From the NCBI RefSeq assembly GCF_006345805.1, contig NW_021824672.1:1-37546 (forward strand): a stretch of DNA of 37,546 nucleotides, read 5' to 3'. The notes beneath the pieces were generated by a model. That model worked only from the letters and a program-made list of their open reading frames with translations, was not told the DNA's origin and ran no database searches. Each line of letters begins with the position of its first letter. Positions within the stretch are counted from its first letter, which is position 1. Below are positions 1 through 11,470 of the stretch, in pieces. The stretch is from Octopus sinensis (Eukaryota). Made by a program: the position numbers and the translations under genes.

Positions 1-343
1 TGTGTATGTGTGTGTGTGCATTAAAATTGAGTTGTTATTATATAGCGTGTTTTAGACAAGGAACAGAATTGATGGGGAAACTAAATGCTGGAATTAGAAT
101 TAAATTTATTCTAGATTAAACAGAAACATCGGTGTCTGATAGTCCGCAATATTAATTTAAAATCGTTTCGCGGTACCTCGAGTCGGAGAAAGATGATTCC
201 ACAATTCCTTGCCAAAGGAGTTGCTCAGATGGTTTGTTTATATTGATCAAAAGATTCTACTGGACATGAACACGTTCCCTCTCTCCATCAAATCGTCATT
301 ACCTACACAGGTGTACAGTGTATCACTCGTCAGATGTCGAAGT

Positions 344-730
344 GGTTAAGGCGGCAATCTGACAGAAACGTTAGCACGCTGGGCGAAATGCTTAGCGGTA
401 TTTCGTCTGTCTTTACGTTCTGAGTTCAAATTCCACCGGGGTCGACTTTGCCTTTCATCCTTTCGGGGTCGATTATATAAGTACCAGTTACTTACTGGGG
501 TCGATGTAATTGACTTAATCCCTTTGTCAGTCCTTGTTTGTCCTCTCTGTGTTTAGCCCCTTGTGGGTAGTAAAGAAATAGGTATTTCGTCTGTCTTCAT
601 GTTCTGAGTTCAAATTCCGCCGAGGTCGACTTTGCCTTTCATCCTATCGGGGTCGATAAATTAAGTACCAGTTCCATACTGGGGTCAATGGGGTTCCATA
701 CTGGCCCCTCCTCCTAGAGTAGAGTAGAAA
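344..730 (+). mobile_element. SINE family B (tRNA-like head, 184-bp internal tandem unit x2)
   Basis: Head ggcggc..ctgacagaaacgttagc; unit ggtatttcg..gagttcaaattcc..ggtcgactttgcctttcatcc at 397 and 581; 12-bp TSD AGATGTCGAAGT at 332-343 and 731-742. Confidence 0.85.
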
Positions 731-932
731 AGATGTCGAAGTTGTTCTCCAACACCGAATCCCATAGAGGGCGCTGTCCAACGTTTCAGTGTTCATCACT
801 GGTTCTCAACCGGGGTGCATATGGCCCTTAGGGGTCCCTATAAGGTTTTATTGTTAAAATTTATCTGCAACAAACTCGTTATGCTTCTACAACACATACA
901 TTTTTTTTAAATGCAATCCCTAAAAGTATTTA

Positions 933-1100
933 ATTATTCTTTTACTTGTTTCAGTCATTTTGACTGCGCCCATAGTCGAATAAATCGACCCCTGGACTTA
1001 TTCTTTGTAAACCTAGTATTTATTCTAACGTTCTCTTATGTCGAACTGCTAGGTTACGGGGACGTAAACACACCAGCGTCGGTTGCCAAGCGATGGTGAG
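933..1100 (-). mobile_element. SINE family C, 3' half
   Basis: Reverse complement of the tail of the full copy at 34523-34920. Confidence 0.75.
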
Positions 1101-1105
1101 GACAC

Positions 1106-1136
<31 letters not shown>

Positions 1137-1206
1137 CACACACAAACACACACAACTGCTTGTTGTTTACACACCTGTCCTCGTTTATTGCTCTTTTGTA
1201 AATTCC

Positions 1207-1241
<35 letters not shown>

Positions 1242-2070
1242 TACACTAGCATTATGACCCATCGTTGCTGGGTCATAGTGCTAGTGCATGTATATATGAG
1301 TATATATATGTGTACATATTACATGTACATCTATATATATATACATCTACACATAAAATACAAAATACAAAGTTATATCTTGACATCGCTAGTGATAACA
1401 ATACTCAAAATATATAACAGAGTGGAATGTCTCTTGCAATTTCGATCAGTTGTATCTTGTCCTCCCTCTTGTATAGAAGTGTGGCTACAATCCAGCCTAC
1501 CTCTACCTCTGGGGAGACATTTTTAATTTTTATCCGGGACGTTCTACGTCCCGGATATAAAGGTAAAAATAAAATATTTTCACTTTGCAAGGTTCGAGTC
1601 GAATACTCCCTTACACGCTCCGTTGACTCGAACCTTGCTTCTATTGTGGCGAATTTACCGCCTCTGGTTAGATATCTTTCATAGTCGCACCAAGACACTT
1701 TTCGATGGTGCTTTCCTTCAGGTGTTCAAATCTTTTTTTTTCTCTACATCTTTTCTTTAATTTAATTTTTTATTTCGTTTGGTGGTGTTTGTCGGTGATC
1801 AATCCGAAATAGGTTTGTATTTCTTCCATTTTAATTTTAATGAGTTCGCGCCCGCCGACGGTTGCAGCGAAATTCATTTTTGGACTATTCCATTTTTGCA
1901 CACTAATTTTATTTTTAATTTATTGCCATTCATGTGAAACCACTTATTCAAGTTCAAGACATTGAGGCAATTTTATACCAATTGCTATTTTTACTTTTAA
2001 TTGCTATGTTACGATTTAATTTAGTTTGATTTTAATTATTGCTTACTACGTATAATTCAATTGTTATTAT

Positions 2071-2343
2071 TATCTCTAATTTTTATTGTTAAAGTGAAAG
2101 TATCTGACATAAAATAGAAAAATGTCTTTGTTTCACTTTTAACACGTAATACTGAAATATGAAAACATATGATATTGCTATGGGCTCGCCCTAGGCAGGA
2201 ATTTGAACATTTTTTTTGCCCATGAAACTACATGGACCCTAAGTAAGGCATGTGTAAAATTTGAATGAAATTGGTTGTGTAGTTCTCAAGTTTTAGGGAA
2301 ACACACAGACAGACACACATTCTCAGTTTTATATATATAGATA
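2071..2343 (+). mobile_element. Helentron/DINE-1-like non-autonomous element (tentative)
   Basis: End aaatttgaatgaaattggttgtgtagttctcaag...acacacagacagacacacattctcagttttatatatatag resembles HINE/DINE-type ends as I recall them. Confidence 0.35.
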
Positions 2344-2488
2344 TATACCGGAGTAAACACATAAATGTGAAACAAGGTGGAAAAAAGAGTAATCAAATAC
2401 CAGGAGTAGAGTAATATGCTTTATTTAAAACCAGTAGAAATTCAACAAAACCTGTTTTTCGGAGTTTATATATATATAGACATATTTA

Positions 2489-2722
2489 TCGGTTTTCAAG
2501 CGATAGTGGAAGGGGGAACGAACACAGACACACACACATACACACATGTATATGTATATACGAGGAGCTTCTTTCAGTTTCCATCTACCATACCACTCAC
2601 AAGACTGTGGTCGGCTGGAGGCTACAGTATAAGACTCTTGCCCAATGTGCGATGCAGTGGGACTGAACCCAGAACCATGTGGTTGGGAAGCAAGCTTCTT
2701 ACCACTCAGCCACTCCTGCCGC
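2489..2722 (-). mobile_element. SINE family C, 5' half
   Basis: Reverse complement of the tRNA-like head ggagtggctg..ggttcagtcccactg. Flank tatttaattat at 2735-2745 matches 927-937, a possible TSD shared with 933-1100. Confidence 0.8.
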
Positions 2723-2887
2723 TTTTCCTAAGAATATTTAATTATAAAAATATAATTTTGAAACAGTGAATGGGTATTAGGGTCCATCCAAGTGAAATAG
2801 GCATCGAAGGGGCCCAAAGGGGAAACAAGGGTTGAGAAACACTGGTGCACATGAATGTATTAAGTATATTCACAGACATATATACTT

Positions 2888-3254
2888 GGAGGCGCAATGG
2901 CCCAGTGGTTGGGGCAGCGGACTCGCGGTCGTAGGATCGCAGTTTCGATTCCCAGACCGGGCGTTGTGAGTGTTTATTGAGCGAAAACACCCAAAACTCC
3001 ACGAGGCTCCGGCGTGGGGTGTTGGCGAACCCTGCTGTACTCCTTCACCACAGTTTTCTCTCACTCTTTCTTCTCGTTTCTTTTGTACCTGTATTTCGAA
3101 GGACCGGCCTTGTCACGCTGAATCTCCCCGAGAACTACGTTAAGGGTACACGTGTCTGTGGAGTGCTCAGCCACTTGCACGTTAATTTCATGAGCAGGTT
3201 GTTCCGTTGATTGGATCAACTGGAACTCTTTCCGTCGTAACCGACGGAGTGCCA
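2888..3254 (+). mobile_element. SINE family A, full length
   Basis: A box tggcccagtgg, B box gtttcgattccc, tail gaactacgttaagggtacac..ccgacggagtgcca. Four near-identical copies in the window. Confidence 0.9.
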
Positions 3255-4176
3255 CGACACATAGACACATACACATATGGATACTGCATGTCTGCTTTTA
3301 AACCACAGCAAAATCCCACCCTCATAGAAAGCTGATGCCTATCACAAACCATTTCTGACATAAGCCTTCTTCAATGCACTCATTGCAAAAATCAGAACCA
3401 AATCTGTAAAAGGTTGATGTAAAAAATTTATAAAAACAGTAGAGATAATGAAAGATGGAAAACACATTACGGTATACAGGAACTGACATCCTCAGCTGTC
3501 CATCTAATATTTTCATAGTTTCGACACCATGGACAGCACTACTCAGTCTGATTACTTCAACACTGAATAATAGTTTGAATACTGTTTAGGAATACTACGA
3601 ACAGGAGATAAAGTGGAAATTACACACAGTCGTATGCACATATAATGATACGAACATGGACGTACAAATGGGGGAAAGATTACTCAACGCATTAAGTAGA
3701 GTTTATTTGTTTGAAGATGATGAAGATTTTGTTGATCTGTAGGATCTTTGAGATGATAAGGCAAAATGAAGGCAGTGTATATTGTTTCATATACTGAAAT
3801 CTTCAGTATATTTGTGCGACAGTCAGTATTCATTGTCTGTATGCATGTGTATGTCTGTGTACGTGTATGTGTACATGTACTTGTATGTATAAGTATTTCT
3901 GTTTGACTTTTGATATTTCGTAGTTAAGACAATGGTTACAGATGCACATCAGCTGTCTGTGTACCATTTCAAAAATCGTTGCTCTTGTACTTTACTTAAT
4001 TCAACTTTCAGCTCGGAATTACTAACATGTGTCTTCTGGGAAAATTGTCTTCAAAAGACTGGCTTTCTATCCAGTGGTAGATGTATTTCTCGAACGCTGG
4101 ATATACGAATGGATCTCTTTGATTCTTAGGAATAGTTACTGTCTCACTTAATCAAAGAGGAATTGCGATTTCTATT

Positions 4177-5190
4177 TCAGATATCATTTAAAAACGTATC
4201 AATTTTCTTCTGAAAATCTGCACCCAGAACTGCCCGCTTGAGTTCTTCATTATCCCGAGAAATATTTGGTTCCTCTGTTGTGCCAGACGCCAAATTATTT
4301 AGATTTTGGTCAACCATTTTCTCCAGTGTCCTCATACACATATCAACGTCTTCTGAATCTACAATAAAAGTTCCTTGTCTACGAATTCTTGGTCTCTGTT
4401 CAGTTTCAGGCAAAATCGTCAGATCTTTGCTTGGATCAAACTGGTTTCCTCTGCTTGGAACATTGCTGTTTCCAACCGAATAATTTATTCCCGGAGAGGA
4501 ATTTTGAAGAGGGTTTACCGAGGAGCCAACTCTGCTATTTACCGAAGTTCGATGAGGATTTTCGAAACTGTTACCCAATGTTTCCGCTTTAGCCGAATTG
4601 TTCCAAACATTTGAATCGGCACCTGCACCTGCTCCTCCTGTCTCTCCTCCCACTCTTCCCTTTTCTGCTGGTTCTCTATTTTTCCTCTCTCTTGGCTTTC
4701 TTCCGTCAATATCCCCTACTTTATTTCCCCCTCTTCCTTCCCTTCCAGAATATTCTCTTTCTGAATTTTGTCGAACCTTTCCCGAAGTACTGTTCGTATG
4801 TGTAGCTTCGGCTGCTGCTGCTGATGCGAGTAGTGACGATGATGATGGTAATGGCGGTAGTGATGTTGCCGACAAAGAGTTCGTAGAATGAGGCTGGTTG
4901 TGTCTTGGATTATCATCGACAGCAGTTGGATTGCTTCCTCGAACCGGTTGTCTTTGGGATTGGTGAGAAGAGTGGATTGGACATTTCTTGTCTTCTAGAG
5001 GACAAGGTTCGCGGCAGAACGCCGCAAACTCATCATCATAACTATCGTGAGCAGCTGCGGCAGCGCCGCCACCGACGCCGCCACCGCCGCCGCCACCTCC
5101 ACCGCCATCGCTAACACCAGCACCAACACTAATACCATCAACATCACCATTTTCCTTGTTATTCTGTTTATGATTCCGTTTATTATTATT

Positions 5191-5238
<48 letters not shown>

Positions 5239-5355
5239 GGTAGGTTGGGGCTCTTCAACTGACCTCACAGATACCGAAGAAACGGTATCCGTTCGATTTT
5301 CTTCCGGCTGTTTTTCTTCTTCGCTATCTTCCCTTCTTTCGATTGCATCAGAACC
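4177..5355 (-). CDS. Terminal coding exon (392 aa + stop) of an unidentified gene; low-complexity, likely disordered, with poly-Asn/Gly/Ala tracts
   Basis: The 363-aa ORF stays open upstream to a strong acceptor (ttttttttctttttgtag|GGT, AG at 5357-5356) in phase 0, adding GSDAIERREDSEEEKQPEENRTDTVSSVS. Stop TGA at 4179-4177. GC is higher than the flanks. No domain recognised. Confidence 0.85.
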
Positions 5356-5399
5356 CTACAAAAAGAAAAAAAATATCATATACATATATATATAGTAAA

Positions 5400-5585
5400 T
5401 AAAAAAAAAACGAAGAACAAACACAAGTAAAAGAAACAACAGCGCGAGGACGTGATACATGCAAAGTATTAGCAGACGCCCAGGGAAGGAAAGAAAGGTG
5501 GTTTTACGTTTCGAGCAAAGCTCTTCTTCAGAAACAAGAGACCAAGGAAGACGGAGGAAAAAATCGCCAACGATTCACGTGTGCT
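5400..5585 (-). mobile_element. PLE-derived non-autonomous repeat carrying a hammerhead motif
   Basis: Homologous in reverse to 10305-10460 (shared cacgtcctcgcg and hammerhead core). Confidence 0.6.
5501..5535 (-). ncRNA. Minimal type-I hammerhead ribozyme, intact core
   Basis: GUUU-CUGAAGA-A-GAGC(UUU)GCUC-GAAA-CG-U-A-AAAC: stem I GUUU/AAAC, stem II 4 bp, palindromic ACGU stem III, GUA cleavage triplet. Confidence 0.7.
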
Positions 5586-5592
5586 TACAATT

Positions 5593-5672
<80 letters not shown>

Positions 5673-6171
5673 GTATACATATATATGTGTACATGAATAT
5701 GTGTATACATGAATATAGTAATTAAAAAAATACAGAGGACCACCATCAAAATAAATTACCCAAAGCATAAATACGCCGAGAAAAATATATTTATTGAAAA
5801 TATTTCTCGACACTTTGCTAACAGCGTTTCGATCGAAAGATCTTATCAAGCAGCGAAGAGAAAATTGAAATTTCGGGTGAATAAGCTTTTCGCGAAGAGA
5901 ATTACGTTGCAGTTTGTTGTAAGTGGTAAGTGAGGTAATTGAATGGTAAATATCATAGAAATTCAAATATTTAATTAAAGGGAGTTAATATAGGAAGGAG
6001 ATAATGTTAACGTATATGCGTTTCTACTAATCTGCACAGCAAAAAATATCACAAAGCTGGAGGTAAGAGATAAGTGGAACGGTTTGATGGACTATTAAGG
6101 TAGAAAGGGGATATGGTTATATGTTTGTGTCTGTGTGTTATAGGCTCATATGTAGGCTCATGTATATATGT

Positions 6172-6552
6172 GGAGGCGCAATGGCCCAGTGGTTAGGGCA
6201 GCGGACTCGCGGTCGTAGGATCGTGATTTCGATTCCCAGACCGGGCGTTGTGAGTGTTTATTGAACGAAAACACCTAAAGCTCCACGAGGCTCCGGCAGG
6301 GATGGTGGTGATCCCTGCTGTACTCTTTCACCACAACTTTCTCTCACTCTTACTTCCTGTTTCTGTTGTACCTGTATTTCAAAGGGCCGGCCTTGTCACT
6401 CTCTGTGTCACGCTGAATATCCCCGAGAACTACGTTAAGGATACACGTGTCTGTGGAGTGTTCAGTCACTTACACGTTAATTTCACGAGCAGGCCGTTCC
6501 GTTGATCGGATCAACCGGAACCCTCGTCGTCGTAACCGACGGAGTGCTTCCA
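6172..6552 (+). mobile_element. SINE family A, full length
   Basis: Same head, body and tail as 2888-3254. Confidence 0.9.
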
Positions 6553-6582
6553 CCATGCATATATACGTACACAAGTACATAC

Positions 6583-6950
6583 ATACCAGTAATTATTGGG
6601 GTACTAGGATATATAGCCAACTGTCTCAGCACCGATTTTGAGAAATTAGGTTTCTCAAAACCAGAATGGAAAATGCTGATTCGAATACCACAGATACAAG
6701 CCATCAATAGAACTGTCAAAATATGTAAAACTTTCCAAAAGTTTAGTATATGAATAGATATGAACTTGTCTAAACATGCAAATATATGCATGAATATACA
6801 TACGTAAAACAAAACATACAGATCTACACATGCATTGGTGCCAACTATTTGCACATATACACACATACGTGCATATCTACCCTGTCACTGTTTGTTAAAA
6901 TTCTAATGAAAGAGCTTTCAATCTAGGTTAGAAACCGGCTGTGACCCCCA
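6583..6950 (+). mobile_element. 3' fragment of an RLE-type (R4/Dong-like) non-LTR retrotransposon
   Basis: IPVIIGVLGYIANCLSTDFEKLGF..QIQAINRTVKICKTFQKF matches the C-terminus of restriction-like endonuclease LINEs; homologous to 14313-14680. Confidence 0.7.
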
Positions 6951-8671
6951 TTGACAAGAAAGCTAGAAAACTACTACTAAAACTATAATAACAGAACATA
7001 CAAAGGCACAGCGAGATAGACAGAAAGCCACACAGACAGAGCGACCGACAGACAGACCAACAGACAGATAGACAGACAGACAGGCACACACCCTGAAGAA
7101 AATCCATGACTCACAGACAGACCATCAGGTATGTTCAATTCGTAGTGGTGAAGATTGTAATTTGATTGTACTGTTGTTGCTTAGTCTCATAGATTTGATC
7201 ATATCATTCCAGAAATGACCACCTAGTCTTTTATTGACGCATCGTATGTAGATGCCTCACACGCGAATGCCTAAAAAATACGTGAATCTGTACTTTGTAG
7301 CACACGGACGATGATCATCGGCGAAGGGTTGTGCCTAGGAGGCACTTCTGTAACCCAAACACGAAGACCTGTTGCAACGACCATGCAGCATTCTAGCGGA
7401 CAACCGGGAAAACGTAACAGACGACAGTAAGACCTGCAGGCGAAGAAAAAAGCAGTTGATGTAGATGTTGTTTGACTTACAGCAGACTGGGGGTGGGGGA
7501 AAGCTCCAGGAGGGATGAAAGAGTTCGGCAGCTGGTTCTTGGAAAGGAATTGTTACTTCTCTTTCCAGTGATGAGCTCACTGGGGAGAAAATTTTGTCGC
7601 AAGCATCGGAAAGTACAGTCACGAAAAATGAAAGCATCAAGAAATATGAGAGAAAGGGTATAACACTGAAAACAATCTTCACCCCGAGGAAAATTACAAC
7701 AACGCTAAGTATATCTTGGAGTAGAGTACAAAATGAACGCTTGTTTCATCTAAGTTGGCAGGGTGTTAGTTGAGAGAAATTTAGCTCTTATTTTTATCAT
7801 CTCGTGTCATGGGATCAGGAACAGGTGGTGGGTGTAAAAGCATCCCTAAAATTTTGAGTGGGCAATGAAAACGCTTTAAATACCTTCTTAAAGGTTTGCA
7901 CCCACTAAGCAAATTTCATTCCCACACTTATGTCTTGAGCAGCCATTCTGAAGTCCTCTCGCTGCTCCTTCGAAGTGTTATGGTTTCATACTTTCTGAGA
8001 GATAAAAAATCTCAGATAAGATTTTATGGGGCGAAACCAGCATAACCTTATAACATCATTAATTTCTAGTCTTATAATGATGTTAACTTGAACAGGACTA
8101 TCTTTCGAACTGGATGATCGATGAACACAATCAATAATCGATCGATGTATCAACGAAAAAAGTCACCATATCCTGTTGAATGTTGCGTTTTGTACGAAAC
8201 AATAAAAGACAGAAAGCGATTTGTTAGCGAATCACAGTTGAATGCCTGGAGGGTCAGTGTTTAAAAAACTCCGGTTTCTTGGTTTGTTCCTCCGCAACCA
8301 ACCGCATCCCAAGCATCAGCGAGTTGTAACTTAGACAGCAAATGCCAAAACTTGCATTAACTCCATCACTGCAGACTTGGAAACCGTCACTAGCATAGCT
8401 AGAGTGTGTGCGCCCGGGGTGGCCCTTCAATTTGCCGCCCACGAAGAATTCATATTGTCTACAGCAGACCCAAAATTAGTGCCACTCGGGTTGGACCTCC
8501 AACTCCGCGCCCCTATTGCTACGTTAGTGGAAACCGTTCGCCAATAACAATAGTGGTTGTGTTGGTGGAGGAATCACGCTAATCTTGTCTCCTTCAACCA
8601 TCATACGTCACAACCATCAAAAGTGACAACCATCATGCACTTCAGAAAAGCAATATCACACCTTATATTCC

Positions 8672-8924
8672 TTAATCTTTTTGGTACCGACCCGCCTAGA
8701 GACCCATCCCATGTTCTGTGATACAGACTTCCTGTTTTAGTATAATCTAAATTAAAATGAAATTTAAAAAATTTCATGCTAATTTATGCTAATTTCATGC
8801 TAATTTATGTTTCGAACAACAGAATTATAACAGTAAAGTTCTTTACTCAGTTCTTCGTTATTTCCAAAATTTATTCAAACAAACGCAATGTATTTCAACA
8901 GAAATATGCTAACAAAATGGTTAA
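8672..8924. mobile_element. piggyBac-like MITE with further partial copies at about 9142-9400, 9530-9640 and 9840-9920
   Basis: TTAA at both ends (8672-8675, 8921-8924); the blocks ttcctgtttta..atctaaatt and tatttcaacagaaatat recur downstream. Confidence 0.55.
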
Positions 8925-8942
8925 CAATGGTTTGAAGTTTTA

Positions 8943-9141
8943 GTACAAGGCCAGCAATTTCGGGGAGGTGAATAAGTCGATTACATCAGCCTCAGTGTTC
9001 AACTGGTACTTATTTCATCGACCCCGAAAGGATAAAAGCCAAAGTCGATCTCGGTGACATTTGAACTCAAAACGTAAAGACGGACGAAATGCCGCCAAGC
9101 ATTTTGCTCGGCGCGCTAGCGATTCTGCCAGCTCGCTGCCT
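8943..9141 (-). mobile_element. SINE family B, single-unit copy
   Basis: Reverse complement of the family B head plus one unit and tail. Confidence 0.8.
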
Positions 9142-9644
9142 TGACAAACAGGTTAATAATAACAAGGTTATTTTAATAAATTCTTCATTATTTTAAAAAT
9201 TAATTGAAAGAAGGACAAAATACTTCAACCGGAATATAGCAAGAAAAGGATGAAGGTTATCTGAATAACAAAATTACGAATTTCATGCTATTTTATGCTC
9301 TAAACACCATCTTAATAGCGGTAAGGTTATTTTGCTAAATTCCTCATTATTTCCAAAATTAACTGAAACAGACGTAGTGTATTCCAACAGAAATATAACA
9401 AAGGAGTTAAGTAGGAGTTGTCAAGTGGATGCTTCCCTGCCTTTTACAGGATGGCAACACTTGAAGCAAATCTCTGGTTTCTTGCATGCCAACTTAAAAT
9501 CTCCTTACCTCTTATGGTAGGAATGCAGCTAAGACTGTCCTGGTTCTGATAAGAATTTCCTGTTTTAAAGTAATCTAAATTGAAGCTGTCCATCAAAATT
9601 TCATTTTAATTTATGTTCCAAACACCAAATTATTAATGATAAGA

Positions 9645-9832
9645 GATTTCATTTGAAGATGAAGAAGAAAGTCTGAGAGATATGTTGTTTATTAGATTTT
9701 TGATAGTGCTTTTGGGGTGGTTAGATTGCTTATGTATATAATGAATTTTTTCGTTACCTTTCTTGTGTGGTTTATAGATGCTTGATTCCTGGTCTTGGGT
9801 GATATCTAGGAAGTTGACTGACTTTTTTTAGT
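9645..9832 (-). mobile_element. Penelope-like element RT fragment (frameshifted)
   Basis: Translates VNFLDITQDQESSIYKPHKKGNEKIHYIHKQSNHP / IKNLINNISLRLSSSSSNEI, the FLD...YKP..K...Y....SNHP...RL pattern of PLE RTs. Confidence 0.75.
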
Positions 9833-10218
9833 AGTATTTCTACAACTTTTACTAAATTCTTCAATATTTTAAGATTAATAAATATAAAGGTAGTGTATTT
9901 CACGGAGTTAAATATGATCAGTACGGAACAAGAGCCTCCGTGATCGCTTCAAATATTCAGCCTCATCATCCAAATCACAGAGAAATCTTCCCTGACGATT
10001 ACATCACCTTAGCAGACCAAACACTGCATCTTAGAGTTTGCCATTTGTTTTGAGAACAATTCCTAATCTTTTATAACAGTGCTCTTGAGGGTGGGGTGCA
10101 TAACTACACCACATCAGTGGGCCGCGACAATATTTTGATAAGGGACACGGAACTTTAGGATGTAACAAGTGACTAACACAAATAAAGTTTTAATTAAACC
10201 TCTTTTGAATGCATAGTA

Positions 10219-10249
<31 letters not shown>

Positions 10250-10326
10250 TGTATGTATGTATGTATGTATGTATGTATGTATGTATATATATATATATCC
10301 CTTCTCTGGATCTTTCCTTCTCCTAT

Positions 10327-10361
10327 GTTTCCGACGAAGAGCTCCGCTCGAAACGTTAAAC
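10327..10361 (+). ncRNA. Hammerhead motif, U4C variant, within PLE-derived repeat 10305-10460
   Basis: GUUU-CCGACGA-A-GAGC(UCC)GCUC-GAAA-CG-U-U-AAAC. Confidence 0.5.
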
Positions 10362-10732
10362 CCTCCTTCTTCCCTTCTTTCCTGAGCGTCCAATAATACT
10401 ATATTTATTCCACGTCCTCGCGTTGCTGTGTTTTTTGTGCTTTCTTGTTTGGATTAACTATATATATATATATATATATACACACAACACATAACTTTTG
10501 TTCGTTCATAGCGGGGCACACGTATGTTTAGAAAAATCGAAGTAGAGTGTTGGACAAAAAAGGTCGGGAAATACTGCTTCATAAAGTTGTAGTGAGAGCC
10601 ACAGCGGAGTCCTGCTCCCATATCTCGACACTGCTACTGCTGCTGCCCCTGCTGCTGCTACACACACAGACATTCGAGACTACACCGAAAGAATACATTC
10701 ACCACTCCAGTCTTTCGTTCACAGACGTTCTG

Positions 10733-10891
10733 TCCCTTATCCCTTCCTCTCCCTGCCTTTTGTAGCATTCCCACAACGGCCTCTATCCCTTATCCCTTCC
10801 TCTCCCTGCCTTTTGTAGCATTCCCACAACGGCCTCTATCCCTTATCCCTTCCTCTCCCTGCCTTTTCTAGCATTCCCACAACGGCCCCTA
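10733..10891. repeat. 53-bp minisatellite x3
   Basis: Unit tcccttatcccttcctctccctgccttttgtagcattcccacaacggcctcta at 10733, 10786 and 10839. Confidence 0.95.
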
Positions 10892-11438
10892 TTTATCGGT
10901 GCCAGCTGGATCCGTGCCGCACCAACTCAAACACTCTCCACACCCTTATCTCTTCTCTCATCGTCCATATGGTGTCCAACACTCTCGAAGCTACACTGAC
11001 CACTGAGCTTGGCCTCTTTCCCTCACATCACCGAATCTCCCGAATTTCTTCACTGCGCATGTCCCGTATCGGTTCCACAGGAACGTTAATGATATCAACC
11101 TCACTGACATCTGAAGGCCTGTGAGGGTTATGTGCAATTCGATAGCAACATAAATTGAGCAATTCAATAACACCATAAAGGAAATTAAATGGGTCACCAG
11201 ACAATACTAATTCCCACACGGCTTTTCCCTATGTTGTCCTGCACAACGGTGTCTTCTTTCGCTCAGATAAGCATTTAATTGAGTTTCCGGTTTGTGGAAA
11301 AGCTGATTGTCAATGATGGCAACATCCAACTGCATGGTACTAATATAAACACACATTGACGTGAATATACATAAACATACATTTATATATACACACACAC
11401 TCACAGACATTCATATATACATACATTAATACATTCAC

Positions 11439-11470
<32 letters not shown>

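Larger units (their letters stand above)
797..2844. mobile_element. hAT-type MITE expanded by nested insertions
   Basis: TIRs cactggttctcaacc (797) and ggttgagaaacactg (2830-2844); 8-bp TSD gtgttcat/gtgcacat (6/8 match). Confidence 0.6.

Noticed and set aside
2888-2960. tRNA-like A/B boxes
   Set aside because: SINE heads; no complete cloverleaf, and they continue into SINE bodies.
3900-4179. Frame beyond the terminal stop has mostly TGA stops (possible selenocysteine or readthrough)
   Set aside because: It also contains a TAA and no SECIS was recognised; it is best read as 3' UTR.
4238-5395. Plus-strand ORFs overlapping the main exon
   Set aside because: Antisense shadows of the minus-strand coding exon.
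5815-5860. Further hammerhead-like remnants (here, and at about 775-800 and 17625-17645)
   Set aside because: Core nucleotides or stems are too degraded to call.
7300-7740. Candidate 99-bp minus exon (7579-7481) and plus-strand gag/PLE-like peptides
   Set aside because: In phase 0 the exon starts with TGA, and other phases break the frame of exon 5355. The plus-strand motifs are in the wrong order for a gag. Unresolved TE debris.
7808-7932. Possible small hAT MITE
   Set aside because: TIRs and 8-bp TSD match only loosely (5/8).
11000-11339. Possible phase-2 exon that could rescue the TGA via the GA|GTGACA donor
   Set aside because: No credible phase-0 donor before the stop at 11209-11207, and a weak acceptor.
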